In this document: piece after piece, positions 38,830 to 51,627 of the stretch
Position numbering within the stretch: position 1 is the stretch's first letter
How the letters are laid out: the number at the start of each line of letters is the position of its first letter
DNA from: Camelus ferus
Taxonomy: Eukaryota
DNA: 64,000 nt
Direction: 5' to 3'
NCBI RefSeq assembly: GCF_009834535.1
Contig: NC_045697.1
Location: 106,642,001-106,706,000, forward strand
The notes under the pieces: model-generated
The model's database searches: none
The model's input: only the letters and a program-made list of their open reading frames with translations
Told to the model about the DNA's origin: nothing
Position numbers and translations under genes: made by a program

Positions 38830-39010
38830 CAGTTGAGAGCTGGGTTGTTGGAGTCAGGCTGCCTGGGTCAAGTCCCAGCTCTCCTACTGAGATGTTTGAA
38901 CTTGGGAAAGTCTGTGGCAAAGGGCGGTCATAAGTTCAAATGCTATCTCACGTGGTCAGTGCTTAGCCTAATACCAGCCACATGCACATAGGTGTTGGTT
39001 ATTTACTATT
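38830..39010 (+). mobile_element. MIR SINE
   Basis: ttggagtcaggctgcctgggtcaagtcccagctctcctact...cttgggaaagt. Confidence 0.65.
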
Positions 39011-40042
39011 AAAGAAGCCTTAGTTATCTGTCAGAGTTCTGTAACTTGATGAAAGTTCACGTGGTGGTCTACCTCGTCTCTTGGATAAACCACATCTACA
39101 AGGCAGAGTCTGTAATTGCTGGTTTCAGTTCTTTAAAATGGAGTGAGACCTTAGATACCTGCAAATCAATCTGAGGGCAGAATCCTGTTTAAATTTTTAT
39201 CAGACTCATCCCCCAAATCTAAGTCGTCTTGAGAACATTTAATTCACTAGCAATTTATTTGATTAACCTACCTTTATGGAGTGTTTCCAAATCATTCAAA
39301 TTAATTTCCATTGAAAAGCTTTTTCATACTCATATTTCTACAATTTGTGATAATTAAATTATAGTTTTAATAAGCTCAACTGGCATAAGCAGGTTTGGGA
39401 GAAACAGAACTGACTCTTAGATGTCAGCTGGGAGAAGGCGATATATTTTGGGCACCAGAGAGTAGCCTGTGAGTACTGAGCGGTCAGCGTGTCATTCAGC
39501 CAGAATATTTCACAGAAGAGATGGAGAGCACTGTGGAGAGACAGCAAGTTGTTATTGTAATATACATTTTGACAACTGGCTATAAGATGCCTGGCAGGAA
39601 ATGAAGTGTTTTATTTTTTGGCTTTTGGAAGTTTTGGGGGTTTTTTTCTTACCGTTTTGTGAAGTGTAACTTAAGGTCATTTGGCAAATGTGTGCTGTTT
39701 CACAACATAATAGCTTCTTTTCTCATGGGGCAAGAAGCAGGAGCACATTTTTCTTTGCTACTGTGAATGTCTCTCACTCCAGGCTTTGGAATTGTGTTTA
39801 ATACATAAAATCTGCCCTGACTCTGGACTTGAGTGGAAGAAATCTTGGCAGGTTGGTTGGGGATAGCAATGAGGGACTTTTAAAATGCTACCAAATTGTG
39901 TATCCAGTTCTTGTAAAACCAAGGGGACCCAATCCTAGTCCAAACAAAACTACATTTTTAACTGCTTGCGTTTTTAAATGAATGTTTTTGGTTTTTTGTT
40001 CAAAGGATATTTAACAGTGAGCATAGTCGAAGTGCATGTGAA

Positions 40043-40076
40043 TGTGTGTGTGTGTGTGTGTGTGTATATGTATATA
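40043..40076. repeat. (TG)n/(TA)n microsatellite
   Basis: Direct read. Confidence 0.9.
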
Positions 40077-40319
40077 ATATGCTGGCTTCTCAAAAATGGA
40101 AGGTTTTTCTTGCTTTCCTAGTGTTCCAGTGTTTAATGGGAGATTTAATACTAAATACTAATGTATTTCAGATAAGATTTTTTAAAAAGAGAGGACAATT
40201 TATATCTCTTAAGTCACACATAGTCTCACCGTTTCCCACTTCAGAAAGATCAGCACTCTTTCCCTGTGTCTGTAATGAAGAGGGTGTGCTGTACCTTGAC
40301 AGAAAGCACACTGCAACAG

Positions 40320-40535
40320 AAGGCAGAAGCCTAGATTTCAAACCCTAGCCTGAGTGACGTCTGGACTGGCATCTAATCACTCTGAACCTCAGTTTCTTCC
40401 TCTGTAAAATGATGGCAGTAAGACCTTTTTCATCTATAAAATGGGAATGATCAGAATTAAGTGAGATATAACACATGTAAAACATTTAGTAGTGTGTTTG
40501 GCACAGAGTAAGTGCTTGATAACGCGGCATTTATT
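40320..40535 (+). mobile_element. MIR SINE
   Basis: ctctgaacctcagtttcttcctctgtaaaatg...ggcacagagtaagtgcttgataa. Confidence 0.8.
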
Positions 40536-41691
40536 GTTTTAAAAACGCAAAGGGGATTGTTCCAGGCTTTCGCGATGTAGGGCTTCAGGCCCTCTTGCTG
40601 AGTAAGAGCACTTCTGGACACATTGTTCAGGCCTGTTTCCTCCCATCTTCCGCCTTCTGCTCCAAAATAGGGTGAAATTATAGCTAACGGACTAATAGCC
40701 AATTGCCTGAATGTTGGCCTTTGTTGTCTGGTGAGCGGCTGGCCATTAATGAGCTGTGAAGGCCTGTCGTCCTGTCTTTCGAAGCCCCTGGTGGGAGCTT
40801 TCCCAGCTGAGATAAAGGAGGGCACAGCTGAAAGGGTTGGCCCCAGCCTCCCCTCCTTCCCCTTCTGCCATCCTGTCCCAGCAGGGAGGTTGTGACTCTC
40901 CCAGCTGCACCTGCCCCGCCAGGGAAGAGCTTTCCAGGTAGGCAGTGCCTCAGCGCCCTGCCCTGCTGGTCTCCGGCACTCCCACTGCTCCCGAGGTGCC
41001 TTTTATTTTGTTCCTGTTCTGCTTTTAATGTGACTAATTATATGATGAAGAAATTGTTCCCCAGGGAGTTGTTTGCTGATCCTTTCCTATCCCTCCCACA
41101 TCCCACCCCGACTATGTAAGGAGAAGGGAAAACATTGTGCACAACATTGATGCAACCTTCATTTCTGGGAAGGGCAACCTACATAAAGAATTTGCAGAGG
41201 ACTGGATGGTTTGGGGGTCTGGGGAAGCATCCTGTCAATATATTTGAGCCCATGGAAGATTGAAGATCTTCAAGTTGGATATTGGGACCATCATATAGAA
41301 CTCAGTAGGCTCCAAAAACGAATAAGCTAGACTGAAGACAGGCTTGCTCCTTGCCTGAGACTTCTGCCTTCCCTCCACCCCTGGCGTGTTTCTGCAGATA
41401 AGGACCACTGAATTAATTCCTTTGGAAGTCTAGGAAAATAGCATTTTGAATGTTTTATTCCTCGAGAAACTTACAATGGAAAATATATCTGTAAATAAGA
41501 CCTATAAGCTCCAGTGAAGTTTTCCCCATAATTATTGATAAGATTTTTTTTAATGTGGCTCTGATTGAAATTTTAGATAATCAAATGAGGTGCTATGCAT
41601 AATACTGTTGTTATTGTAATACCAGCTCACTCATATTTTAGGTCAATTTGAATCATGTACCAAATTGTTCAGTGATGTGCAGAAAAAAGCA

Positions 41692-41783
41692 TTTATATAT
41701 ATATAATATAAATATTATATATACATAAATTTATGTATATATAATATAAATATTATATATATACATAAATTTTATGTATATAT
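41692..41783. repeat. AT-rich tandem and palindromic repeat
   Basis: About two copies of a 38-41 bp unit; perfect palindrome at 41712-41747. Confidence 0.9.
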
Positions 41784-43799
41784 GAGCAGAAGGAACAAAC
41801 CTGAGAAAACAGTGAACATAGCAACAAGATTTGGATGCCTGGAGTCCTCAGGATCTCAGACTGTTAAATAACAGCAGGGTGGGAAATGCGTACATAATTT
41901 AAAAGCAATTATGTGCTTATGTGACATAAATGATTTTTTTTCCTTTTTTACTCTATATGCTCATCAGAGAGAGTGAAAGCCCCATAACCGTCCCAAAACA
42001 ACGAATTCCTCATACACTGCCCTCAGAGTAGCTGAGTGGTGGCTTAGATTTAATTTTTAAAAGGACTATAATGAATGATTAAGGTAAGACCAAAAATATG
42101 CTTAACACTGCTCAAAGATTAACTTAAAAAATAAAACTCACCTCTTTTATTTAAACAAAAAGAAAAAGACTCCTGTCTCGCTGGTGTTTGTATATTTTAA
42201 ACAGCGCTTTAAGTGGAACAGGCTTACTGAGCAACTTCAAGGCCAGTATTATCCATTTGTCAGTGAGAGGAGCCAAGTAAAGCTTGGTAAATTCTTTAAG
42301 ATATTAAACAAAATACTGTGAGAACAAAGAAATGACTCATTCTGATTGGGAGAACTTCCCTGCTTTCAGAGGCTGGAACAGTTAAATAGAGCTTTGATGA
42401 TGAATGAGTAAGACTTCAGCTGGTGAAGGAATGAAGGAGAATTTGAGGTGATCTGAGGACAGGTATCAAGGTGTGAAAGTCATGGACCACTTGGCAGCTG
42501 TCGAAGAGCCCACCATCACTGTGGGGGCGTCTCTTCTCCAGTGGCCCCTGGCAACTTCCAGGTTCCCCTCCATCCCTCCAGCAAGCATCTCTGAAAGACT
42601 CTAACGCCCCAGCATCATTTCAGAGTCAAACTGTGATTGGAGACTTGGTGCTCTGCACTGGTCAAAGGCCACCCTGGATTGAGTGGAGAGAGATGGGTCC
42701 CTAGGAATAGGTGTGTTCTGTAAAAGCAGAGTGGGGACGTGGATGCTGGGCAACAAAACCCAGTTTGCTGCACAAGCCCAGGGTCTCCTGGTCTTCAGAG
42801 TTCCCAGTAAACCATTTGTTACTCTTTCTTTTCATTTGCTAATAGACACCAATCAAAGAATCCTTTAATTACATTTTGCCCCCACTAGAGTAGAAGCTCC
42901 TTGAACTGTTCATTCATTTCAGTAGTGTTCACACTCATTTTGTACCAAGAATCTTGCTTGTGTTAGGGATACAAAGACAAGCTTAGACCCTGTTCTCTTA
43001 GGGTAATTACTGCAAAGGAGGGACTCAGATCAGAAAGGCGATTTAAATGCTCCATTTTACTGGTGCGGCTTCACATCAGGTGACTTCATATCTGTAAGAG
43101 ATTTAAATTTCAGATCCAACTTGAATTTTTATGTGGAATGATGATGTGTACTGTATTTCCTTGTTTTGGTTTTTTTTTTTTTAGAAACGAGCTCCCGTAT
43201 TATTACCAAGTGCCTTTAAACATGTGAAGGAAGCTAGTCAGCTGACTCTAGAAGCTTCAAGATAAATGTGCAGAAACAGAAGTGAGGTGATGGGTTGTTA
43301 TTTTTTAATTTTGCCTTTGTTACATTAGAAAGCTTAGTTTTATAAGCAATAAACAATGTGAGTGCACAGTATCATTTAAGTAACAATAGCTCATGAAAAT
43401 GACTTAAGAGAAAGTGAGTTCACAAGGTTGAACACATCAGCTTTATGAATACACAGGTAAGTGTATCCTGTGTAACTTTCTTATGGCTCAAGACCTTTGT
43501 TCTCCTCCTGTATACCAGCTAAAGTATATAATTCGCATCAGCTTTAGGGCTGGAATGTATTTTTCAAGAAGGTCAGTCTTTATATATGGAAAAGTGGTAC
43601 TTTACGAGAGGAAGACAGTGGCTGTACTGACATTTGAGAAGTGAATAATCTATTGTCTGTCTGAAAATATGTCGGATGGTGACCATGGTGACATGGGCCA
43701 TGGGGCTGTCCCTGTGGAGGGTCAGGAATGGTGAGGGGGAGATAGAGGGGCTAACTGGTTACTGACAGCAGATATACTGAGAAAGGCTTCCAGGCCTCA

Positions 43800-44440
43800 G
43801 GTGAAGAATCTTGAGAGAGCCATGGAAGTAGGTTATGCTGGGCATTGAACATCATCCTGGGAGTTTTGAGCTTTTACCCTAGGATAATGGGAAGAGAGCA
43901 GAGTAAAGATCATGCAGACGGGTGGATAGAGATGTGTTCAGAAAAACAAGCGGCCCTGAAGGAAGCTGGACATGGTCATTGAAATCATGAACAAAGTCAT
44001 CTGCACAGAGTATAGAGCAAGAAGGAAGAAGGGGGACGAGGACTGAGCCTTGAATTCCAGCCAGAATGGACAGAGGGAGGAGGGTAGATGGAGGGGTGGC
44101 CTGGGAGGTTGTGGAAAACAGGTGAGTAGAAGCCATGTTAGCCTTCAGGTAGGGGGGACCTGGAGACAGTGAGTGAAGTCTGCCAAGAATGTTGGCTGTG
44201 AGGGGGAGGAAAAATGGGGAAGATTAAGTGGGGTTTGTGGAGACCGTGTCTTTGAAGTGAGAAAGGCTTGAGAAGTAAGTAAATGCTCTTGCAGATTATC
44301 CCATAAAGAAGTAGAAACAGATGAGGTCCTGAGAAGGCAGGAGGGAACTGGGTCTTAGATCACCACAGGGAGGGACACTGCCCCGTTGTGGTCTAGGAGG
44401 AGGAGGAGGGTATAAAGAACATGTGTGTATATAGATCCTG
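43800..44440 (-). mobile_element. L2 fragments
   Basis: ggagttttgagcttttaccctaggataatggga; gaggactgagccttgaattcc; tggaaaacagg. Confidence 0.55.
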
Positions 44441-44719
44441 GGGAGTTACTGTTTTCCAGTGTGCTTGTGTCAGTCCGGACTTGAAAACTGCAAAAATTAC
44501 ATACATTTCTCTATTAGCCACTTCAGGGTTTCTTAGCTTTGTTATCACCTCTAAGGGAAAATGTTTAAGTAATTAAATATATTAATTTATTCACTCATTC
44601 AAGATCTTTTAATTTCATCCTAATGAGATAATTAAATACTAAGGAATGCAATTTTGTCAGGTAGGGGTGGACTTTGAAAGGCCACAAATCATTGTAATAG
44701 CTAAGGTATTTTTGCTTCC

Positions 44720-45109
44720 TGTATTAATTTGCTAAGGCTGCTATAATGAAATACCACAGACTGGGCGGCTTAAACAACAGAAATTTGTTTTGTCACAGTT
44801 CTGGAGGCTGGAGGTCCAAGACCAAGGTGCCAGCAGGTTTGGTTTCTCCTGAGACCTCTCTCTTTGGCTTGCAGATGGCTGTCTTCTGGCCGTGTCTGTA
44901 TACACACATCCCTGGTGTCTCTGGGTTTCCAAATTTACTCTTGTAAGAACACCAGTCAGAATGAGTTAGGGCCCACCCATGTGACCTCATTTAACTTTAA
45001 TTACCTCTTTAGAGTCCCGGGCTCCAGGTATATTTACATTCTGAGATACTGGGGGTTAAGACTTCAACATATGAAAATTTAGAGGGGGTATACGAATCAG
45101 TCCATAACC
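44720..45109 (-). mobile_element. MLT1A/B-type MaLR solo LTR
   Basis: tgtattaatttgctaaggctgctataa...gcttaaacaacagaaattt...ctggaggtccaagaccaaggtg...gggggttaagacttcaacatatgaa...cagtccataac. Confidence 0.9.
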
Positions 45110-45433
45110 ACCCCCAAGAATCTATTTTCACCCACCTTAAGGGAACTGTTGCCCCTTTTGAGAATGCATGAACTGATAAAGATTACTCTGGGCTTTGCTT
45201 ACTGGACTGAGTAATGGGGATGTATGGGTGCATTCCTCTGTGGAGCACCAAATATATGTCAGGAGCTGTGCAATCTCTAGGAATATAAATATGCCTTCAA
45301 GGAATTCTCAGACACATGAGCTAAAATAATACAATGTAATGTGATTGATTATTCATTCAACATTTAGGAATATTTCTTAAGTGTTAGAATGATTACTTCT
45401 GCTGAAAGAAGAAAGTTAGGAAAAATTTGATAG

Positions 45434-45969
45434 TGTTGCAGGAAAATGGGGTGTGTGCAGATGGTTACATCCCAGGTCTTGGGGAAGTGGCTGGAATGCA
45501 CCCCCCCAGGTGAAGGTCCTTGTCTTTGCCGAGGAGAGAATTTAAGAGTGAGCCATAGAGAAGTGAAATCAAGTTTATTCAGGGAGATACACATTCCAAG
45601 ACAGAGTGTGGGCTTTTCAGAAGGCAAGAGAGGCAGCCTTAGGGCATATGTTTGCTAGTTTTTATGGGCTGGTCATAGGCTAACAAGTGGGAGGATTATT
45701 CCAACTATTTTAGGGAAGGGGTGGGGGATTTCCTGGCATTGGGCTATCACCCATTTTTTTGGCCTTTCATGATCAGCCGGGAAACTCATGACATCTGTGG
45801 GTTTGTCACTTAGCAGCTAATGTACTACAAGAAGTCTGTAATAAGGCTCAAGGTCTACTGGGAGTTGAATCTTCTGCCATCTTGGGCCAAGTTGGTTCTA
45901 ACCAGTTTATGTCCTATCCTCAACTGCTGTGTCATTCTTTTAATGGATGTGCCCTTCCCTCCTGTCTCA
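45434..45969 (-). mobile_element. ERV1-class solo LTR with 4-bp TSD ATAG
   Basis: TG...CA termini; atag at 45430-45433 and 45970-45973; tttatt (antisense AATAAA) near the left end. Confidence 0.85.
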
Positions 45970-46364
45970 ATAGGAGAGGTGACATTGGAGGGGTATCTTG
46001 AAGAGTGAATTGGATTTTTGAATATAGAAAAGGGTATTCCAAGCAAAAAACAAACAAAAACAAAAACAAAATCAGTGGCATGAAGGCGTAAAAGTACATG
46101 ACTCTATTGAAAGACCCATGAATAGTACAGTGTGTGGAAACCTTAGGGAATATAATAGAAAAAAAATGGTATATCGAAAAGAATATAATAGAAAAGAATA
46201 TGGAGCCATATTCTGAAAGATATTGAATAAGATTTTCCTGAGGGGCTTGAATTGTGTTCTTTGAGCAGTGAGGAATTAACAAAGTAAGCAGGAAGGAGAC
46301 AATGTGAAATGCTTAGATTGTGCCCTCCACAAGGTACCACATCAAAGGAGGGACCATTCACACT

Positions 46365-46910
46365 TGAAACTGAGCAGAACCAGTGGGGCCCTCCCAGGTA
46401 CAAAAAAGCCTTTCTGTGTCCCCCTTTTTTTGTTTGTGTGCCTTCCCTGAGGTCCAAAGGGCAGATTCAAACAGAGTTAGGGAAATGAAGGAATGCAGAA
46501 ACAAAGGAAAAGCAGTCAAACAGTAGTGCAGCAACCCCAAAGTGGAGTCCTAGGAAGTCCTCGAGGATATATACAACAATGCATCTTTGAGTTCCTCTTT
46601 AGGAGCTCAAGTCCCCACCCAGGTGGAGGATGGTGACTTCAGGCTGAGTGCAAGATTCCTGGAGCAACTCCCTGTTACCTCACCATAAACCAATCAGAAG
46701 AAAACCCTTCCCCCTCAACTCCCCCTCACCCCTCCACCCCACAAATTTGCCTTTAAAAACTCTTCCTAGAAAGCCATCTCATTCCGACCTTTTGAGCATG
46801 AGCCACCACCTGTTCTCCTTGCTTGGCCCTTGCCAAAACCTTTTCTCTCCTACAGACGTTTTGTTTGTTTGGCCTCACTGTGCATTGGGCATGTGAACTT
46901 GGGTGCAACA
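46365..46910 (+). mobile_element. ERV solo LTR
   Basis: tgaaactgagc...gcaaca termini; CCAAT (aaaccaatcag) then TATA-like ctttaaaa; no clean TSD. Confidence 0.7.
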
Positions 46911-47345
46911 GTACATCCTAGATATGGACTAACATGTGGGGCTGCTGTGGAGATTCCAGGCTGCTCAGATGAGCACTGGGGCTGCAGAGGAGAGGCCCTC
47001 CTGCGTAAATCCCATCAGCTCACCTGTCCATGTACATGTACAATCCTGGCATCAGCTTAATGGTGCTTCCTCTGCCTCTGCGTGTCCACTAAGCTGGCTT
47101 CTTTTGCCCGCCTTCCACTCTTAGGGACCTAATACTCATCTCTCATCAACTTGGAACCTGACAAAGTCATCTCACCTAGAAGGCATGGGCCAATGGAATG
47201 TGCACACTTCTGGCAGGTGTGCCCTGCCTGGCATTTGAGAGGGAGGGGGCGCGGTGAGCAGATGAGGGTGTTGAGCTTCTGTATGCAGACACAGCTAGGA
47301 ACCCTGATGGCTCCCCTAGACAGGGCTTTCATGATATTATGCAAT

Positions 47346-47853
47346 TGCAGGGGAGCAGAATTTGTCACCCCAGAATATGTCTCTTTGACCTACTGATTGT
47401 TTTAAGCTGGCTATCTTCTGAGAAAAAGACCTGAGAAAAGCTTTATGCACCAAGTAGGAGTTACCCTTTTAAAGGAATATTTGCATTTGTAAGGTGTCTC
47501 CCTCACTGTACCGGAAAGAGGAGGATGACCAAATCTCTAAAAACTCATTGGTGGAGAAGGCAATGATTTGAATATGCATGTCAGATTTATTTACTGCGCT
47601 TTTCTTTGTAACCTTCCCTAACTGACTCTGCCCACCTCCACATCCTCTTTTGTCTTTAGCTGAGGATGGTATTTAAGGTGAGGGCTTCAATCTTTTTGGT
47701 GAGTTATTCACTTTCCCTGAGTCTCTCCCATGGATGCATGTTATTAAATATTTGTTTGATTTTCTCCTGTTTATCTGTCTCATGTCCATTTAATTTTTAC
47801 ACCAGCCAGAGGAACCTACAAGGGTAAAGGAAAAAGTTTTTTTCTCCTTGACG
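47346..47853 (+). mobile_element. ERV1 solo LTR (MER34-like) with 4-bp TSD CAAT
   Basis: tgcaggggagcagaatttgtcaccccagaatatg...gaacctacaagggtaaaggaaaaagtttt; caat on both sides; terminal CA appears mutated to CG. Confidence 0.8.
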
Positions 47854-50524
47854 CAATAATATACCAAATTGAAATCCTTTTGAAGACTCCTCATTTGCAC
47901 AAAAGTAAATTGAGTAAGGACAGTGAAAGTGACATAACCAGGAAAGTGTTTTAGAAGACCAATCCTGGAGGCAAAAAGGAATTTGGATTTGATAGAGATT
48001 GAAGCATGAGGAAGGGAGGTGGCCAGAAGAGAGGAACATCTTTCTTTGCTTCCTCACTAGAAAGAGCAGGAATCCCTGGGCATAGGACTTAGGAAAGAGA
48101 GAAGCGTATACAACTCACAGTGGCCCAGCAGAGAAAAGATTTTCTTTTTCTTTCATCCTCTTGTTTGCAGACCCTCCCTGATAATTTTCATTGTAAGGCA
48201 GGGGGTGCTTTAAGAGTAGTGTTTTTTCCCCTGATAATCATGGTTATTATTTTGCAGCTTTTAAGATTTTATTGACATTCAGTATTCTAGCACTGTGCTT
48301 GATCTGGAGGTTTTGGGGATGACTGTGAACTTGACCCAGGTATTTTAGGATTTTTGCTAGCCCTAGGCAGTTAAAAACCTGAAACTCAAGGAGATTAAAT
48401 AGTTTACTTCAGCTTCTATAGTGGTATTTTAAGGCTGTGGAAATGGCAGTATTAAAAAGCTAATGAACTTTTGTTTTGTTTCATGGTGAACTGGGATGGA
48501 GCCAAGACTGGTGTTCCTTAGTGTTCAAAGACTCCAACGTTGGGCAAAGCACTGACTGGGCAGACCATCCCATCCAACCAGAAAGTTGGCTGCCTCTGAA
48601 CTCCGTCCTGAGAGTAGGAAAAGGAAGGGAAACATTTGTGTTATTTGGTCATAGGTAGGAGGAAACTTACAAATCCTCTACTGCAGTGTCTTCATTTTCT
48701 TGGTGAGATAATTCCACTCCAGAGATTCTGTAACTTGACTGAAATAACAGAGCTATTTGGTGGCAAGACTCCTGACTCCAAATTTGTTTTTTCAATCATA
48801 TCCACTCCTTTAAGATTTAAATAACAACCATACAGAAACTCATTGAGCTAGTTAAGACCATTTGCAAGAAAAGGAAACTAGAAAAAAGAGGGAAGCAATA
48901 TTTAGGTAAAGCATCTGATTGCTTTGTAGGAACTTTAAATTATTTAGGCCGTGAACAGGGGCTATAAGAATCAGTCACCGAGGATGTAGCGAAGTTAGTT
49001 TAAGGGCACATAGAGAAGCTTCCCTTTTGTGATGTAAATCAGTGTAGAATTGCCTGTATGTAGGCTATCTTTTAACTCATACGGGTCTTGTAAAACAGTA
49101 ATAAATGTGCTTTCTATTTGCCGTTTCAGCTACCCTCTATAAATTAGAAAAACTAATGGATACAGGTGAATCTGAAGCCTGGAGAGCCACTTGATAGGCC
49201 TTCCCTCAAGAGCTAATGTCTGTCTGTCTGTGTGTTCACAGGGTAATGTATCTAGGATGTGCGTTACAAAGAAACAAAAATACAAATGTTTCAGTTCCCA
49301 AAGGTCTGAGATCTTTTCCACTTTTTTAGATTGTATCAGGTAATTTATAAGATGTGAAACTGATAAAAGACAATGTAGCACCCCATAATTCAGTACAGTA
49401 ACTCACTAAAAATCTCTGGAATTGGTTTGGTTTTTTAATATATTAACAGTTTGTGAGGCAAGGAAGGAAACCAGATCACATCCATTTTAAAGTACAGATG
49501 CACCAGGAGTCCACAGGGAGGTGCTACCATTTTTTTATTATTTTTAATTATTAAAAATAATTTTTTTATTAAAAATATTTTTTAAAAATTTAATGAAAGT
49601 ATTTTATTCCATTGGCAAATTACAGAGTGCCGGGAAAATGGGAGAGGAGAGATCACAGTTTGTGAAATAGTTATTTTAGAGCTGAGTTGTCCAGGGAACT
49701 TAAAAAGAAAATAGTAACAGATTATGTCTGCCTCCTTACCTTTGTGGTGGGGTGATCCCTCACGTTTGAGTCCCACGAACTGCAAGGGCTTATGGTTGGT
49801 GGTTCTTCCCTGGGCAGAGTCATAAACATTTTTTTTACTGTGACTTTCTTCATGTCACCACCTTCTGTTTTTTGATTTTGATTTATTTTTAATGCATTAA
49901 AATTCGAACTATTAGGAACAGGGGAGCAAATCTAGTCTCTGCATTTTTTAAGAATGGGTCTTAGGGCTAACCTGAATCTATTAAATAGTAGTGTCCTCCA
50001 TATGCATTTGTTTGGCCTCCCTCCTAAAATTTCAGACCCATATTATGAAAGATCAGAATGTTAATTTTAGTTAACATGATAAATATCCAGATATTTTAAG
50101 TTATTTTGGTGAATATGGTTTCAAATCAGATGCACAGATGACTTTCAGTGATGTTTTCTGAGCCTTTTTCCCCCTAAGGCTATTATTTTATAGGCTTTCC
50201 TTGCTGTAGATACTCTTGGCTCCTAGGCTATTGATGTACAGTTAACCTGAAAGTAGCTATAATGTAGGGCAGTGACTCAGAAGAATCTTGTCCCTCTTTC
50301 ATTCTGTCTCTTGGTCCTGTCTTTCAGCTTCATATTTATGATGACTGTAGAATTGTCGAGGGTGGTGATACTGAGGAAGAACTGTGGTTGAGTGCCGTAT
50401 CTTCCTTTCTTCCAAAATTGGTGAAATAGTAAGTGTTTAATCATTCTTCAGGGCAGTCACCTCATCAGGTGGAGTCCTAGCTTTTGAAACCAGCCGTGTA
50501 AATTGTTGGTCAGTCCTTCTTGTA

Positions 50525-50762
50525 TTCAGCTAGATCATATACTAGTTTTGAGCCCAGGGTCCTAGGCTACCTCCTACCCCCTTGCTGTGTGGCTCAATCA
50601 TATAACTTAGTCTGAGTCCCTTTCCTTATCTATCCAATGAGGATAATTATCATGCCCACCTTTCAGGGTGGTTGTAAGGATTAAATAAGAACATTCAGGA
50701 AGCATTCTCTTTGGCTTCAGTACATAGTAAATAAGAGCTCAGTAAACATTAGTTATTATTGA
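50525..50762 (+). mobile_element. MIR SINE
   Basis: tttccttatctatccaatgaggataatt...ggttgtaaggattaaataag...gctcagtaaacattagttatta. Confidence 0.75.
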
Positions 50763-51164
50763 GTACTCACTGCATTAAAAAATGTGCAGGCAATCTCAGG
50801 AAGATTACATAGTTGAGGCACACACTGAAATAACGTATGTAATTTGTGTCAGGATATTTCTATTTCTGAAACGCCCTGGCTTGCATTCCCGTTGGAACCT
50901 CATCATAATAAGAAAATGAATGCCCGTGACTAAGATGAGGGCTCACTCAAGTTCTCATCAATCTTGGGAAGTTGTTTTATTTTTCGTTTTTCTCAGCTTT
51001 CCATGGTTAAGGACATTACCAAACCATTAAGCCATCTTTCCAAGCCTTTGTCATATCTGTTTTATTCCTGACTTAGGACTTTATGATTTTTATGACAGCA
51101 GTGGAAAGGTAACCTTCAGTTTTGCCTTGGAAATTAGGGTATAATGTCTGCTCTCCAAGATGAT

Positions 51165-51337
51165 GGATCTTAACCTCAGATGCATATTAGGATGATTTGG
51201 CGGAGATTTTGAATGCGTCTGATGAAATGCAGATGCCTGACCACCCCCGCCCTAGAGAGTCTGACTGAATGGTCTGGGGCAGGAGCCCATGGCATCAGCA
51301 TTTAAAAATATGCAGCTGTGGTGGAAACTGCTGCCCT
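51165..51337. mobile_element. MER5 fragment
   Basis: aaatgcagatgcctgacc...agagagtctgactgaatggtctggggcaggagccc. Confidence 0.6.
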
Positions 51338-51493
51338 AAAAAATATGTACTCTCTTTATTGTACACCTCCCCCCCTCCCCTAAATTTAAGTATTTAAAAC
51401 TTATCAGCAAATTGCAAGTGATCCTAGAAACTCTATAGATTTACAGCTATTAATAAAAGACTAATAAGTGTGTGGACTATTTCAGAATATTTG

Positions 51494-51627
51494 GTTGTAT
51501 TGTTTTCTGAAGGGGAGGTAATTAGATTTCTTCATTGATTTCCCCTTGGAGGAGGTACCGGGGATTGAACCTGGGACCTCTTGGGTGCTGAGCACACGCT
51601 CTACCACTCGAGCTGCACCCTTCCCCC
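51494..51627 (-). mobile_element. tRNA-derived SINE (camelid-type) with 11-bp TSD
   Basis: Minus strand GGGGGAAGGGTGCAGCTCGAGTGGTAGAGCG...GGTTCAATCCC has Pol III A/B boxes and a non-tRNA tail; TSD cagaatatttg at 51483-51493 and 51628-51638. Confidence 0.9.

Noticed and set aside
46148..46203. Repeated gaatataatagaaaa units
   Set aside because: Short low-complexity slippage repeat; not a CRISPR-like array.
51548..51627. tRNA gene
   Set aside because: It has a non-tRNA tail and a TSD, typical of a tRNA-derived SINE.
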